Source of the DNA: the human T2T-CHM13v2.0 reference genome, Homo sapiens
DNA: 64,000 nt
Direction: 5' to 3' (one strand)
Assembly: GCF_009914755.1 (NCBI RefSeq)
Contig: NC_060927.1
Shown one piece after another: positions 13,071 through 26,765 of the stretch (its first letter is position 1; each line of letters opens with the position of its first letter). The notes under the pieces were generated by a model, which was not told where the DNA came from, did no database searches, and saw only the letters and a list, made by a program, of their open reading frames with translations. A program made the position numbers and the translations under genes.

Positions 13071-15762
13071 AGAAAGGGCAATCCGAACGCTTACAGGGCG
13101 AGGCCAGTGCAGCCCAGCTCCATCACCACTACCAAGCCCCAGTTTGGGAGGCTCCCGAGGCCCCTGGCCGCCCCCCAGACCCCGTCTCCAGAACATAACC
13201 ACATATACAAGTAACCATAATCCTAAGTACGTATATAGTCACGCGCACAACTCTCGTCACAGGACCGCCCTTCTTCCAAATATATATATGTTATTTAGTT
13301 TGTTAGCCACAATTTGTTGTGGGATCTGAATGAGTTGTTTCTGTTGTGTTTGTATGTTTTTGTTTTTAGACGGTCGACAAATTACGACAAATGCCTTTAC
13401 AAAGCACACCATAGCTTTATTTAACCCGGTGCAAGTTTCAGCGGCGATTTAAGAAATGGACTTAGAAGAGTTTTCTGGCTCTCATATCCAGCCATGGTTA
13501 GGACAATTGCTCCAGGCTTACCATTGCTGCACTAGTTCTATTTTCTCTTTCCCCTCTATTCCTAAGAATTTGTATAGCTTTTAAAAATCTTTTTAGAGTC
13601 ATGTATTGCTGAGAGAATTTCTTAGAACTGTGATTTAAATTGTAGATAAGAGGAAAGATTATCTGGTCAGTGGAATGTGTGTAAGTGGCATAGAAGTATT
13701 TGTTAGGGAAAAGCACCTGGGCATTTCTGGATTTCTGGGAGATGCACTTCTCAAGTTTTCTTTCCAACTCTCAAATCAATTTGATTTATTGAATGCCCTT
13801 CCAATGGAAAGGATCCTGGAAAGCAGGCCTTATGTTCTGATATTGGTCCAGGATCTCACAGAGTAACGATTAGCCAATATTTTGCATGCAGTCAGTTTAG
13901 TATCAGCTCACATCCAGGTCGATTTTATCACACTTAACAGCTCAAATCGGGGTTATTGCATAATATTAGAGTTTAATCAGTCTGGAATACTAAATGGCAA
14001 ACCTGTCTTCTCCTTCTCAAGGCCCTCCTCCCTTTCTCTATTTCTCCTTCCTCCCACCTCCAAGGAAACTATCTTAAAATCAAGTTTCCCTTTGAGAGTT
14101 TGTTTACCCCAACTTCTGTTAAACTAGACTAACACGCTCTCATCAGCTTTCTAAACACTGTCTCATCAGCTTTGTGAAATGGTGCAAAAACATCTTGGAA
14201 TCCAAGATGGCAAAATAAACTTGAGCATATGGGGGGAAGACTGCCTTGTTAAGAAATTGATTTAAATGTTTAGCTTACACTTCAGCATCAATGCTTCCCT
14301 TACTACCCACTCTTACTTCCCTCACTGCCCACTCCTGGTTCTTGGGTACCCCACCTCTATTAGCAAGCTGGTTCCCCCAGCATAAATTATGAATGCATAT
14401 CAACAGGCTCATCTGCTGTGATAAATCAGAGGCTTTTCTCTTTTGCACATTTCTGCTTTTATTCTCATCGAAATGTCTTTCTGCCCCATGCTAGCAGTGT
14501 CTTTCTACAAACTTACTATCCCCGTATAAACTATGGAGATATATTCTCAATTGGAAAAATCAGGTAATTTCAACCGTTCCCCCCACCCCCAGGAAGCCTT
14601 ACAAGTTAAGGATACAAAATATTTCATGGTTAGTTGTATGAGCTTCCAAATTAGCTGCATATAAAGTATTTAAGATTTTTTTTTTTTTTTTTGGCTGTCA
14701 CTGGCTGGCAATACTCATTTTGTGTGTGTGTGTGTGTTGGTTTGAAAAGCAGGAAGAAATGTAATGAATTGAGTGCTGTCAGAGATGTCTTCTGTTTGAA
14801 CAATCTGCGATGGGCTGAATGGCAGGGACTCCCTCATCCAGTGCAGGTGCAGTAGAGCTGGGGAAGGGGGGAGGGGGGCTCCCTCTGTTCAGTCAAAAAG
14901 CACCATTCTCCACAATAGACCACACACTGACAGCCAGCGTGACATCAACTCACACTTTCATACTTTTCCCCCCATCCATAGTTCTGAGTTCACAAAGTGG
15001 CCATACAGTAGCCTTGGTTAGGTTCCTTTAATGAACATTTTGCGGCTCCTATGACCAACATTGAAATCCGCAGAGCCCTGGGAGGAACAAATAGATTTTT
15101 AATCGTGAGTTCCAAACCAGAATGTATAGCTATAGATATTAAAAGTAAGCTGGTCTCCACATCCTCTCCCAATGCCAATGCCCACAGCAACCCCAGATGA
15201 TGTGAAAACTCTGAGTTAAAAGTTCTTCTAAGACTTATTAGGTTCCAAGACACTGTTTTCCATGTCCTGAGAGAGATCAAACAGGAAAGGAGAGAAGGCA
15301 CAAATTTTATGTATTTATTTAAAGGTAAGAGCACCTCTAGTATTTTATTATGCTTCATGAGATGGTTAATCCTACAAATTAACAAACATTAATCTTGTGG
15401 AGTGGAGTTCTGCCCCCTTTTGAATTGGTTTTACTGGGAAGAGGGGTGTGGAGGAAAACAAGAGGGTTAGGAAAGGCAGCAACTGTTTTAAAACTCTGAA
15501 CAAAGATGCGACCACCTTTTGGCTGTCCTGCTGCTGCAAGGACTGGACCTTCCAAGAGTTCGTTTTACATTTGTTGAAGCCCAGGCCTTGGTGCCTCAAG
15601 TTTTAAATGGAATTACTCAAGGGGGGCACACTACTAGACAAACTATTCTAGCCAATTCCTTCATCCCCGACCCAGTCCCTACTCCTCTCTGCCCCCGCCC
15701 ACTTCGCCACTTCTTAGTCCCGGATCTGAACATTTTAGCTGAAAGAGGGAGGGGTGAGGAAA

Positions 15763-15828
15763 GGGCCAGGACAGTTCCCTCAGTGCCACCACTGCGGGCA
15801 AGGACAGTTCCCTCAGTGCCACCACTGC
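15763..15828 (+). repeat. 33-bp tandem duplication
   Basis: GGGC(C/A)AGGACAGTTCCCTCAGTGCCACCACTGC occurs twice with one mismatch. Confidence 0.95.
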
Positions 15829-16979
15829 GCCTGGAGAGATCCCCGCGGCCCTGCCGCTGGCTGATTCTCCCCTGTGCCTTGACTTGCTGAAACATCTCTC
15901 TGGGGAAAATTACTCCCTACTTGCTTACATGTGTGTATTAAAAAACACATGTAGCCATACACATGTTTCATCACGGCAACAAAAAATATCAACATTCTAG
16001 CCCCAGGAGCAAAACGTATCAATCATTCGCCTAAATATTGTTCAGTAGATGGGGGCGGGAATAGGTAGACCTCCTAGGAGAGCGGTCACAAGTCCCCTCT
16101 CCTCCGCATGGACACCAGGAATGCGGGGTCTGGCGGTGCTGGGCGCAGGGCGAGAAGATTTGATGTGCAGGGTAAGTAAAGGACAAGTTATTTAAAACCT
16201 CAACACAGGAAAAGATGGTAAGAGTGCTGTGTAGCCCTTTGCTTGCTTGTGACTACGAGTCGCTAGGTGGCCCGCGTTTAGAGTATGCCTACGGCGCCTA
16301 CTAACGTCTAGACCTAGGAGAGGCGTCTCCCGCCCCTCGACCCACAGCCAGCCGCCACTTGATAGCTAACGCGTCTTCCGGCCGGTACACACCCACAATT
16401 AATCTTTCTTATTAAAGCCTCCATTCTGTACCCATGGGGCGACTCAAACCTATTTAGATTTCCGTGGTTGGCTGCACAAATTTAAGTGGGCAACGAGTTA
16501 TAAACCTAATAACAGAGGACGAGAGAGGGTGATTTGAGTAGAGAAGACGCAAGATTCACTAGGGTCGTGAAGATGCTGCGGGCCTTGCCCACCACGGCAT
16601 CTACCTCGGGGTGCACGCCAGGCTCTGAGAAAGGTAGTGAACCTCACAATCACACTCACCACACACAACATGCGTACACACACTTGCACTCCTACCCCCT
16701 TTGCTCACAGGTACACTTGTGTGGAAATTGCCTCTTCCGTAGTTCTTATAAACTCCTCCCAGACAGGCAGAATTCTCAGAGCATCGGAACCAGGGAACTT
16801 GCAGGGAACCAGGGAAGGTTTGCACTGTTTGGGATTAATTGAGAATAATTAACACTGGAGCCGTTAATCACCACTTTGCTGCTCTCTCCCTCCTTTCGGG
16901 TCTGCGGCGTCTGCCTTTTTCGCTCCCGCTGCCGGCGCGGGTGTACTGGTGAAAGTGAAGACGTCGCGGTAGCTGTCAC

Positions 16980-17160
16980 CCAGTTCGGCTGTACTTTTTT
17001 AAACGCTCGCATATTGTTTGATTACTAATTCGAGTTAATATGATCTTTATGGCAACATAACAGTGGATAATTGGCCTTTTTTTCTGAACAACAATGTAAA
17101 TCACAATCGCTTTATTATTTAATAACGTCAAACGCTTCGTTGGATTGGCCCCGACCGAGA
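16980..17160. promoter_or_regulatory. Candidate conserved developmental enhancer
   Basis: AT-rich but CpG-retaining block with SOX, octamer-variant, TAAT and TTTATGG motifs. Confidence 0.5.
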
Positions 17161-17345
17161 AGACCTTTTCTTTCTAGACAGTGTTGTGGAGGAAGAACAA
17201 TGAAGATCTAATTGTGGAGATTTCATAAGTTGGCTCCCGTAAATGAACAGCTTAGATATGGAAGTTCCAGCAGATGTGGGTACTATTCGCCTCTACAAGC
17301 TCTACCCCCCACCCCCATATACGCAGTCCAAACACTCTATTGGAG

Positions 17346-17379
<34 letters not shown>

Positions 17380-18479
17380 TGGTGGTGGTGGTCCTCAGAT
17401 CCTAGCAACCACCTAAAGTTTCCAGTAGTAATTAGAGCTTTTATCGGGCTTGCTCTTCAGCCCTTTATATTGCCGATTTAGCGTTAAGGCATTAAGTCCA
17501 CACACCAAATTAGCGCGACTCCCAAATAGCCACAACCACTTATTCTCCCCTTCCCTCATTTTGGTGGTTGGACACCAAGAGCATGGGCCTGGGACTTTTT
17601 TTTTTTTTTTTTTTTTTGGTTTTACTTTGTTTTGATTTGATTTTTAAAACCTATTCGCTACCGCACTGTCTTGGAATATACTTGTTTCAGGCAGAGTTTT
17701 GCAAGGGACCTGAGCCATTATTTTGCAAACGCCTGGAAGAGCACATGAAACTCAGAGAACTACAATGCAGACGACAACGCCTAGAAGGAATGGGTCCCCG
17801 CTGCTCGAATGAAAGATTAATTACATTTGCCCCAAAAGCCCCAATTCTAACGGTCTCTATCGCGGCTTTTGCCGTCACTGAAGGACCGCTGTCTCTGGGG
17901 TCTTCAGACATCGGAGTCCTTTGCAAATGAAGAGCCCCCACCATTTGGAATTCGGGTCAAGGAGAAAGACTCTGAGCCTGCAGCAGTTTTTGTTTTTGCG
18001 TGTGCCCGCCTCTCCATTTTATTCAACTTCTTCTGCCTGTCGGGAAGCAGAACAATCGCTCCCCACCCACCCCCCTCCGCCCCGTTTCTAAGATAAACAG
18101 GAGGTGCAAAATGCTTTGCCTGCACACGCGCCCTCGTGGCCCAGTCTTCCTGCAACCCCCAGCGCACCGGCCATGCATCTGTCTCCCAACCAGACGTGGG
18201 AGAAGACATCCCCCCTTCACTCTTCCCACCTGCATTTAAAAACCATCACATTGACTGCTCTAGAGTCAGGTTCACATTTTTGGCCCTCCATGCCACCTTC
18301 CAGTTTCTTCCCGGTCCACTCTCTTTCTCAGGACCTAAAAAGTGACGGGGAGAGGGTGAAGAATTGGAGAAAGCAGCGGATTTTCAAAACGTATCCCCCC
18401 CGCCCCCCCATCTTTTAAAGTAGTATGTTACCACAAGGAGTGCATTTGGGAAACTTTCCCTAACAGGAGCTGGGCGCAG

Positions 18480-19544
18480 TGTTATTCTTCTCCATGGGTC
18501 TGCTGGCCTCCCCGCCCCCGCTGGACAATGCGTGCTTTGAGACTCGGTGGCCTGCAGGCAGCGGGAGACGAGGGGACTGGGCAGCCTTCCTCCAAGGGGC
18601 CCGCAGCTGGGGGAGCGCCAGGCAGGGAGCAGGGACAAGGAGGCGAGCCACGCAGGAAGGAAAACCATAAAAGTGCCATTTTTTCCCTTAGCCCTGCACA
18701 GAGGCAGGCTTTGAGGACCTCGGGGCAGGGCAGCTGGGGCGGGGTGGGGTGGGGGTGTTGAGAGGTTTTGCGTGTTCTTTTTACCCCCTTTCCCCCCACT
18801 GAAACATTTTATTTCGGCACATAATTATGCACTGCAGATTCTCCAGCCTCCTCGCCCTCAATCTTGGTAACCTGGTCTTTGGTTAATAATATCGCAACTC
18901 GGGACTTCAACGCTCAGACCCCCTCCAGGCCCCAGCCTCCGTATTCTCGGAGCCCTCCACTACTGATACCTCTCGCGGAGTGCGGCGCCCCGGGAAAAGC
19001 CTCTTGGCCAGGGACTCTGGGACATTACTTTCTAGTTTGTTTTGTTTTTTGTTTTTCTCCCAGAGACCACCACCACCCTCATCCTCTTCAGGCAGCATTT
19101 AGGAGAGGACCTCTGAGATCAGCAGAAGGCCTCAGACGGTCACCATATTGGTGGAAGCGTTTGTCTGATGTTTTAAAACGTATACCAAACGGGGCGTCAG
19201 GGCCACGTGCTGTGCCTTCGAAACGCCGCCGCGGGCCCTGCCTTTCAGAGCTGCGGCAGCCGGGGCTGGCGTGGAGGGGGCGCTGAAACACCGGCGGGCG
19301 TCAGGGGCCAGCGCTGAGCTGCAGATCTGGCCGCAGCGCTGAGTGAAGCGAATTATCTGGAGCGTGTTTGATCTGGGACTGCGTAGTCAGCTTCTGCTTT
19401 ATTTGTTTGTTTGTAATCTCATATTTAGCAAGCCGGGACGGTGGCAGCAAGGGAGAAAGGACGGGATGGAGGAGGGGGCTTCGCGGTAACCACACCCCTT
19501 CCTAATGAGTTAATTTCCATATTTGCGCCTCCCGCATCTAGCGC

Positions 19545-19576
<32 letters not shown>

Positions 19577-19930
19577 GCCTGACGCCACTGTGCTGTTGCG
19601 TCTTGCGCAGCGCAGACACCTCCACTCTGGATTGAAACGAAAAAGCTCGCGGTAAGAGCAGAAAATTGGTCTATTGATACATTCGCTCCGAGTGTTGATC
19701 TTGGCATCACCGATAGCCGGTTAATTCCCCCACCCCGCCCCCGCCAGTGGGTCGCACGCGGATTGCCGAGGGCTTGCAGGCACTCAGGCAGACGCAGACA
19801 GAAACCCACATCGACCCCCCCCCTTTCCCCGCCTCCAGCTGTCCGACCCTCAAGTCTCTTTCTTTTTCTTTTTTACCCAACTCCGGATTATTTTCCCCCT
19901 CAAGGTGAGGGCAGTGAGAGCAGCGAGGGC
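18480..19930. other. Intragenic CpG island with no protein-coding gene
   Basis: High GC and CpG density. ORFs here are short and lack recognisable domains. Confidence 0.75.
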
Positions 19931-20329
19931 ACAGTCCGCACAAAAAGGGGGAAAATAATCGCAAACCAAGGAACCAAAAGTGAAAGTTTCAAACTAGATA
20001 CCAACCCTGATGGAGGTTGGGTGCTGACCCGACTGTGGGTACTTAAGAGAAGGAAGGAGGGAAACTGAGGTGGTGAGATTATGTCCACAGTATGGGTCGG
20101 TTAAAAGTTGTAGTAAAGAAGTTTTGGGAGGGCCCTCACTAGAAACTCAAGGCGGGTTTCAGCTGATTTAACCTGGTTTCCTACACATTTTTGCGGTGAT
20201 TCTGCTCTGGAAATTGGCGAAAGAGACAGACCTTTGCAATTGCTCACCCCTCCCTGCCCCCAACCACCCTGCTTACTTTCGCGAAGCGCATTAGGATGTG
20301 GGCTCTGGCTTGAGCTCCAAAATAGCTTG

Positions 20330-20630
20330 CTTGTCAATTGCGAGCTGCAGCAATATCAAAGTGAACTGTCCCAAGTAACTCTTGTCTAGAAGCTGGGAAG
20401 AAGCTTAAGCAGCTCGCTTTAATGATGATTTGTAGCTCGGCGAGGGGCACGGACAGCAAACACCCCGCAGGTGTGTGCCGTAACACCATCATCCGGACTT
20501 GAATGTAGATTACTCTGGCGATCGTTTGATCGGCCCTTTGAAACCCTTTACAATTGCCTGTGACGAACGGCCAGTCTCAGTTTTTCTCTGAATAATCCCT
20601 GAGGGTAAGTCCTCCGGGCTTTTAAAGAGC
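20330..20630. promoter_or_regulatory. N1 enhancer (caudal epiblast / neuromesodermal progenitors), core about 20520-20575
   Basis: Paired LEF/TCF sites GTTTGAT (20524-20530) and CTTTGAA (20536-20542), then ACAAT (20550-20554) and TGTGAC (20559-20564). This is the arrangement known for the Wnt- and FGF-responsive N1 core. An extra ATCAAAG lies at 20355-20361. Confidence 0.8.
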
Positions 20631-23600
20631 TCTAGTATTTTTTTTTTTAAAGAATAAAAAGAAAAACGTTCGATTTTAGTTTAGACCTCGTCAACTTTTA
20701 GTCGCTAACAGGCATCACTCAAGCCAGTCAATACTTAATGACCGTTAGTTACCCTTGCTGTCTTCCTAGAAACCATATACATATGTGTGTATATATGTAT
20801 GTGTGTGTGTATGTACCTACATACATACTTTGTGTTTATAAAAAGGAGAACAATGTTATTAATTTCATTTTCTTTAGTTTCATACCTCCTTGCCTGTTTA
20901 TAGAGGTGTGTGGGGGTGTTTATTGTAAACATGCATTATTATTATTAATGCCATTGTTAATCTTGTCTTAATGCCTTCTCTGTTCTCTCTGAATTATACC
21001 TACTCAGTGGGAGTTAACGTAAAGGTTAAAGCTTTACAAAGTAAAACTAGAGTTTAACCCCCCTCAGCACCTTCACACCAACCGCTGTCACCAAAATGAA
21101 AATGTAGTGCTGTTCAACCTTTAATATTTACTTAGAGTATTTACATAAGGGGAGGGAAATGAACTTTTGTCTGAAACATACAACAAGCGGCACTTTGATT
21201 TTATAAAATAAATGTCAACAATTGCTAGGGCTTATCAAACTGGGGTAGGGAGTGGGGTGGAAGTGCAGTTGGATTAAAGGCCCATTCCTGCCACTTCAGA
21301 CTACAAAGGGTTACACATAATAAGTGCCGAATTTGCCTATTGCAAAAGTTTTCTTGGTGCTTTCTAAGTCACAACAGGGGAGGGGGAAAGCTGTCGTTTA
21401 TTATCCAGTTCTGGGCAGGAGCAGACCCCAGTACCAAGGGGCTCTTAGCTTTGCCCGGCAGAAGAGGGGTAGCCTTTCAACAGCAGCCCCCTTTGTTCTC
21501 CTGATCTCTTTCCCAATTTCAAGCTTCACTTGCACATCCCAAGTTTGTGTGTTAATGACGCTATTACCATCTGGCTCGCCCTACTTTCCAAAAGATATAA
21601 ATCTCCCAGCTCCATTGCCCGCATTATCATTTAAGTGCCACCATAGCCAGAAGAAAAAGATGCTTTCAAGACTCCAGATTCTCTTGCACTTACTACCCCT
21701 GGCATGGCTCTTCCACTATATTTATAGACTATACGTTGGGGGTGGGAGTGCTCCTTGAGAGACCTGATTTCCCAAGAGCTGTCCCTCCAAGCCAAAGAAA
21801 ACATGCTTTTGGGTGAAAAGAAAGGCATCAAATGAATTTTCCCTGAAAACATTTTTGTTTTGTTTGCAGCAAGCCGAATAGTATGTGCCAACATACTTTT
21901 ACGTGCTTGTGGCTTCCTTTCTCTCGCAGGTTTGTAAAAGTTTTGGTGCAACTCCCCGACATTCAAGATGTGCCACTCTTCAACCCTATTTTGAGCGGGA
22001 GAATAGATTTGTTTCTCTATAGGAGTGGGGGCAGGGGTGAAGGGAGATAAAAAGAGCCCTGTGAAGCAACTTTTGGGAGCTGGGCATCCCTTCTAAACCC
22101 TCACTTTTATTAGTGCCTGCATAGATGTGTAGGTGTTGTATGATTTACACACTTCTGGTTGTAGATCTAGATCCACCTCTCTCCTTCGATTCTTTCCTGG
22201 GCAAAGTAATCAGTGATTTGCGTGTTTTGAGCACAAAAGCTGAGAAAATACGACAAAAGGAGTGGGGCTGGCTTGTGCATGGCTCCACAATGACTCCATT
22301 TAACTGGCCAGGTCCGAGTGAATAGAGGAGAGCAGAGTCTGCCTCTAAACGCGTGGGCTTTTGGTTCAGGCCCCTCGCTGATTTGAACAGCTAATTTCCC
22401 CTTTGCGGGTTTCTGAACTGTTTGTGCTCTTGGTCCGTCATATGTGGGTGCATCTTTCTCCGTGTGATGCCTGCTCTTCTTCCCACTGTTATCTTCACAG
22501 AGGCAAGTTCCACTAAGATAAGCCAACCCAACAGGTTGGAAGAAGAATTGGAAATATGAACCTCCCAGGATCTTAAGGGAAGCTCTTAAAATCAACAGGA
22601 TTTGAGCAGCAATACCCCTGCCCCCTTAAAAAAAAATGTCAAACAGAGAAAGCATCTTTAAGGAAAAATATATTCTTTTTGAGGAATAACAAAATCACTT
22701 ATTATATATTCCTAATACTTTGTATGAACTGAGCACAGAAGGTGTCCACAACAGTGATTAATTTATATCACACTCATGTAGCTGTCTGCATGCAAAAGCC
22801 ACATTTTTCTTTCTAGTTCACTTTCCTGCTTTTTTCCCCCAAACTCAAACAAGATCTTGTTTAGAAATGTGTATCCCTACTTTTTCCTCTTGAGAACATT
22901 ATCAAGTTGATATGAACAAATTGCAGAGGATATACCATTTAAGTAAGATGCACTTTTAATCACTGATCATTAAAATGGTTATGTTAAATATACTCAATTA
23001 CATGCATGACTTAACTCTAACAGTACTTTCTATTCTCCCAGCTGCTCACGTATTCCTTAACGATAGTCTGTGGTAGAAACTTGATTATGCTGAATCCATA
23101 CATTTCGATGGATTTCATCAGCCTAATTAATGCCTCAGTGTGGTCCTGGGGTCTGAATGAACCCTTTACTATCGTTTGAGGTTAAAGGCAGTGGTGGAAT
23201 GTAGAAGGATTTTTTTTTCCTTAGTTACTCCCGGGGTACTTAGGGATTCCATTAAGCAAGGTGGATAGCAGTTGTTAAACAGACTATGTGGAACAAGAAA
23301 ACCCATCCAAATGGCAGAAAAGTGAGGCTAATTCTTCATTCTTATTTCACACCAACACTTTCGGATTCCATAGACAATCTCCAAATATTTAGTAAAGTGG
23401 AAATTACCATCTTCCGTTGTATCTTAAAACTTCACTGAGAAGGAAGAGTTGAAAATAGATTTACAACTGATGGCTAAATTCATTTTGTTTTATTCATCAA
23501 GGCTGTCCCTGCTCCTTCTCTTCCTGTTCCCATAACTTTCAGACTACTTGCCCCCTCAATTTCAACTTTCATCTTTCACAAGGAAGCACTCATGGCTGTT

Positions 23601-24283
23601 ATTCAGCAGAAACTCAAGTCACCCCCAATGGGGTGACTACATTTTGTCTTTTCAGGTGTAAATTAACATCTGAATACATCTCAATCTTACTGACCCCTAC
23701 CACCACCACCAATCCTGCCTCAGCAGAGTTGCGGCTAATCTGTACCTCCACAAATGGCAGGGTAGATAGAAGTCAAATTTCCCAAACTCCATCCCCCAGC
23801 AGGAAGACCAAAAGTGCTTGTATTGCCTATGAGATAAATCCTGATATTTGCACATGTCTAATGAAACACCTGTGGAAGAATACCTTTCAAGACATGTTTC
23901 CTTGGTGGTCAAGAAGAAATAAAAAGAGGAAGAAAAAAAAAGAGATGAAGGTATCTTGATTCTTTAAGAAATGTTCCAACTCTGACTTTGAGTCCCTAAG
24001 GACAAACTGTTCACCCAGCAGAACTTCCTTCATGCAAGAGATCCACTGACCCAGCCCTTAGTTGCAGAAGGGCAATACCATACGTCCATAGAAATCTGAT
24101 GGAACTGGAAGGATTTTAGACCTATAACCAAATTACTACCTTGGAACTTTGTGCTTGTTATGCTAATGTAATGATTTCTGTAGTAAGGGTATATTGTAAG
24201 GTTGCAAATTACGTTTTTATAATGCTTTGTGTAATGACAGACGTTACATAGAAGAGACACATGTGCCAGGATTGGTGGCATAG

Positions 24284-24592
<309 letters not shown>

Positions 24593-24998
24593 AGTGGCAC
24601 AGTACTGACAAACACTGGAGGACATTTAAATAGATAAATGTAGACCTAGATATGTTTCTAAAATTAAGCTGAGAATGAGCTCACGGAACTAGGTAACAAA
24701 GCAGATGCTGCTGGCCAGACCATTGCAAGGGTTAAGATGGTCTTGCAGCACCCACCTTTTCACTCAGATCTAGTGGAGTAGCAGCACAGCACATTGCTCA
24801 ATCCTTTGGGATAGATTCCTAGGGAAGAAAAAAAGAGACTGTTTCATAAATAGTACTGCAAGCAAGCAGTTATCTCCAGCTCATGGTTTCTGTAGTGTTA
24901 AGGTTAGATTGCAGAGGGTCAGAGAAAGCAATATTTCCTGTTGGGGGTAGAGGAGAGAGAAAGTGAGTGCAAGTATGAAGTATGTAAAGAAATAAACC

Positions 24999-25632
<634 letters not shown>

Positions 25633-26461
25633 TGACCCTAAAATATTAGAGCCATATATGCTGGGGTTGTCAGTACATCCCTTACATTCAGTGCTTCATG
25701 TCTCTGTGCTATGTGATTAAGAATGCAGGCAAATCATCAAACTTGCAGTATTGACCTTATGTGATTTGTATCTTGGAAATCAAGGACAAGATAGCTTAAT
25801 ACAGCACATTTACAAAAATTAAATACAACTCTTCAGTGTTTAAGACTGGGCTGGGGTTTAATCATTTCCCTTAATTGTAAACAAGGCAAATTCACACACT
25901 GATCAAGCATCCAAGAAATGAACGTGTTTTCATCAGTCACCTCTCCTTGATAGATAATCAGAGGTCAGCCACTCCCAGCCCGGATATTATGTGCCTAGTT
26001 CTTACCTTCTCTGTTCCACCTCCACAATTGACAGCTGCCTCAGAAATAAATAACTTGGTTCCTGGATAGGTTTGGGGCTCTTTGGCGTGACATAATTTCC
26101 AAATGTCAACTTACAGCTATGGAGAAGCCTGCGGACTACGATAATGGATAAACTCTCCTGTGTTAACAGGAGAGTTTGGAGCTAGAATAAGGTTGCCAAA
26201 AAATAGCCTCAGTGGGTTGGGAGCTTCTAAGATCTTGAGAAATGAAGCCAATTTGAAATGTTGGCTTTTTATATTAGTCCAAGTTGTCCCATTTTCTTCT
26301 AGAGTTGAATAAAAGCAAAATACCTGGCCTGATGCAGTGCTTCCCTGATGACAGTTGAACTAATTAGAGGTGGTGTTTCTTGGTTCAGCCCAAAGATCCT
26401 ACTGATGGTAGACGTAGGAGATGCAGCCTCCAACAGCTTTAGTTTTAGACAAGTTTTACAC

Positions 26462-26765
26462 AGCCCAAGCGCGGTGGCTCACGCCTGTAATCCCAGCACT
26501 TTGGGAGGCCAAGGCGGGTGGATCACGAGGTCAGGAGTTCAAGGTCAGCCTGGCCAATGTGGTGAAACCCCGTCTCTACTAAAAAATAAAAAACTTAGCC
26601 GGGCGTGTTGGTGGGCGCCTGTAATCCCAGCTACTCAGGAGGCTGAGGCAGAAGAATCACTTGAAACCAGAAGGCGGAGGTTGCAGTGAGCCGAGATCGT
26701 GCCACTGCACTGTAGCCTGGGTGAAAAAGCAAAACTCCGCCTCAAAAAGAAAAACAAAAAAAAAA
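26462..26765 (+). mobile_element. Alu (AluS-like)
   Basis: Alu body with A tail. Target-site duplication AAGTTTTACACA. Confidence 0.95.

Noticed and set aside
15770-15830. CTCF motif within the 33-bp duplication
   Set aside because: Only the GGTGGCAC half matches; the 5' half of the core is absent.
11920-20088. Many 60-165 aa ORFs in GC-rich patches
   Set aside because: Overlapping in all frames, low complexity and mostly non-ATG starts; explained by stop-codon scarcity.
20446-20458. REST/RE1 site near N1
   Set aside because: Only the right half (CACGGACAGC) is present, with no TCAGCACC left half.
23641-23956. Possible extra SOX2-OT exon (TTTTCAG|GT ... AAG|GTATCT)
   Set aside because: Splice-like signals alone are common; no independent support.
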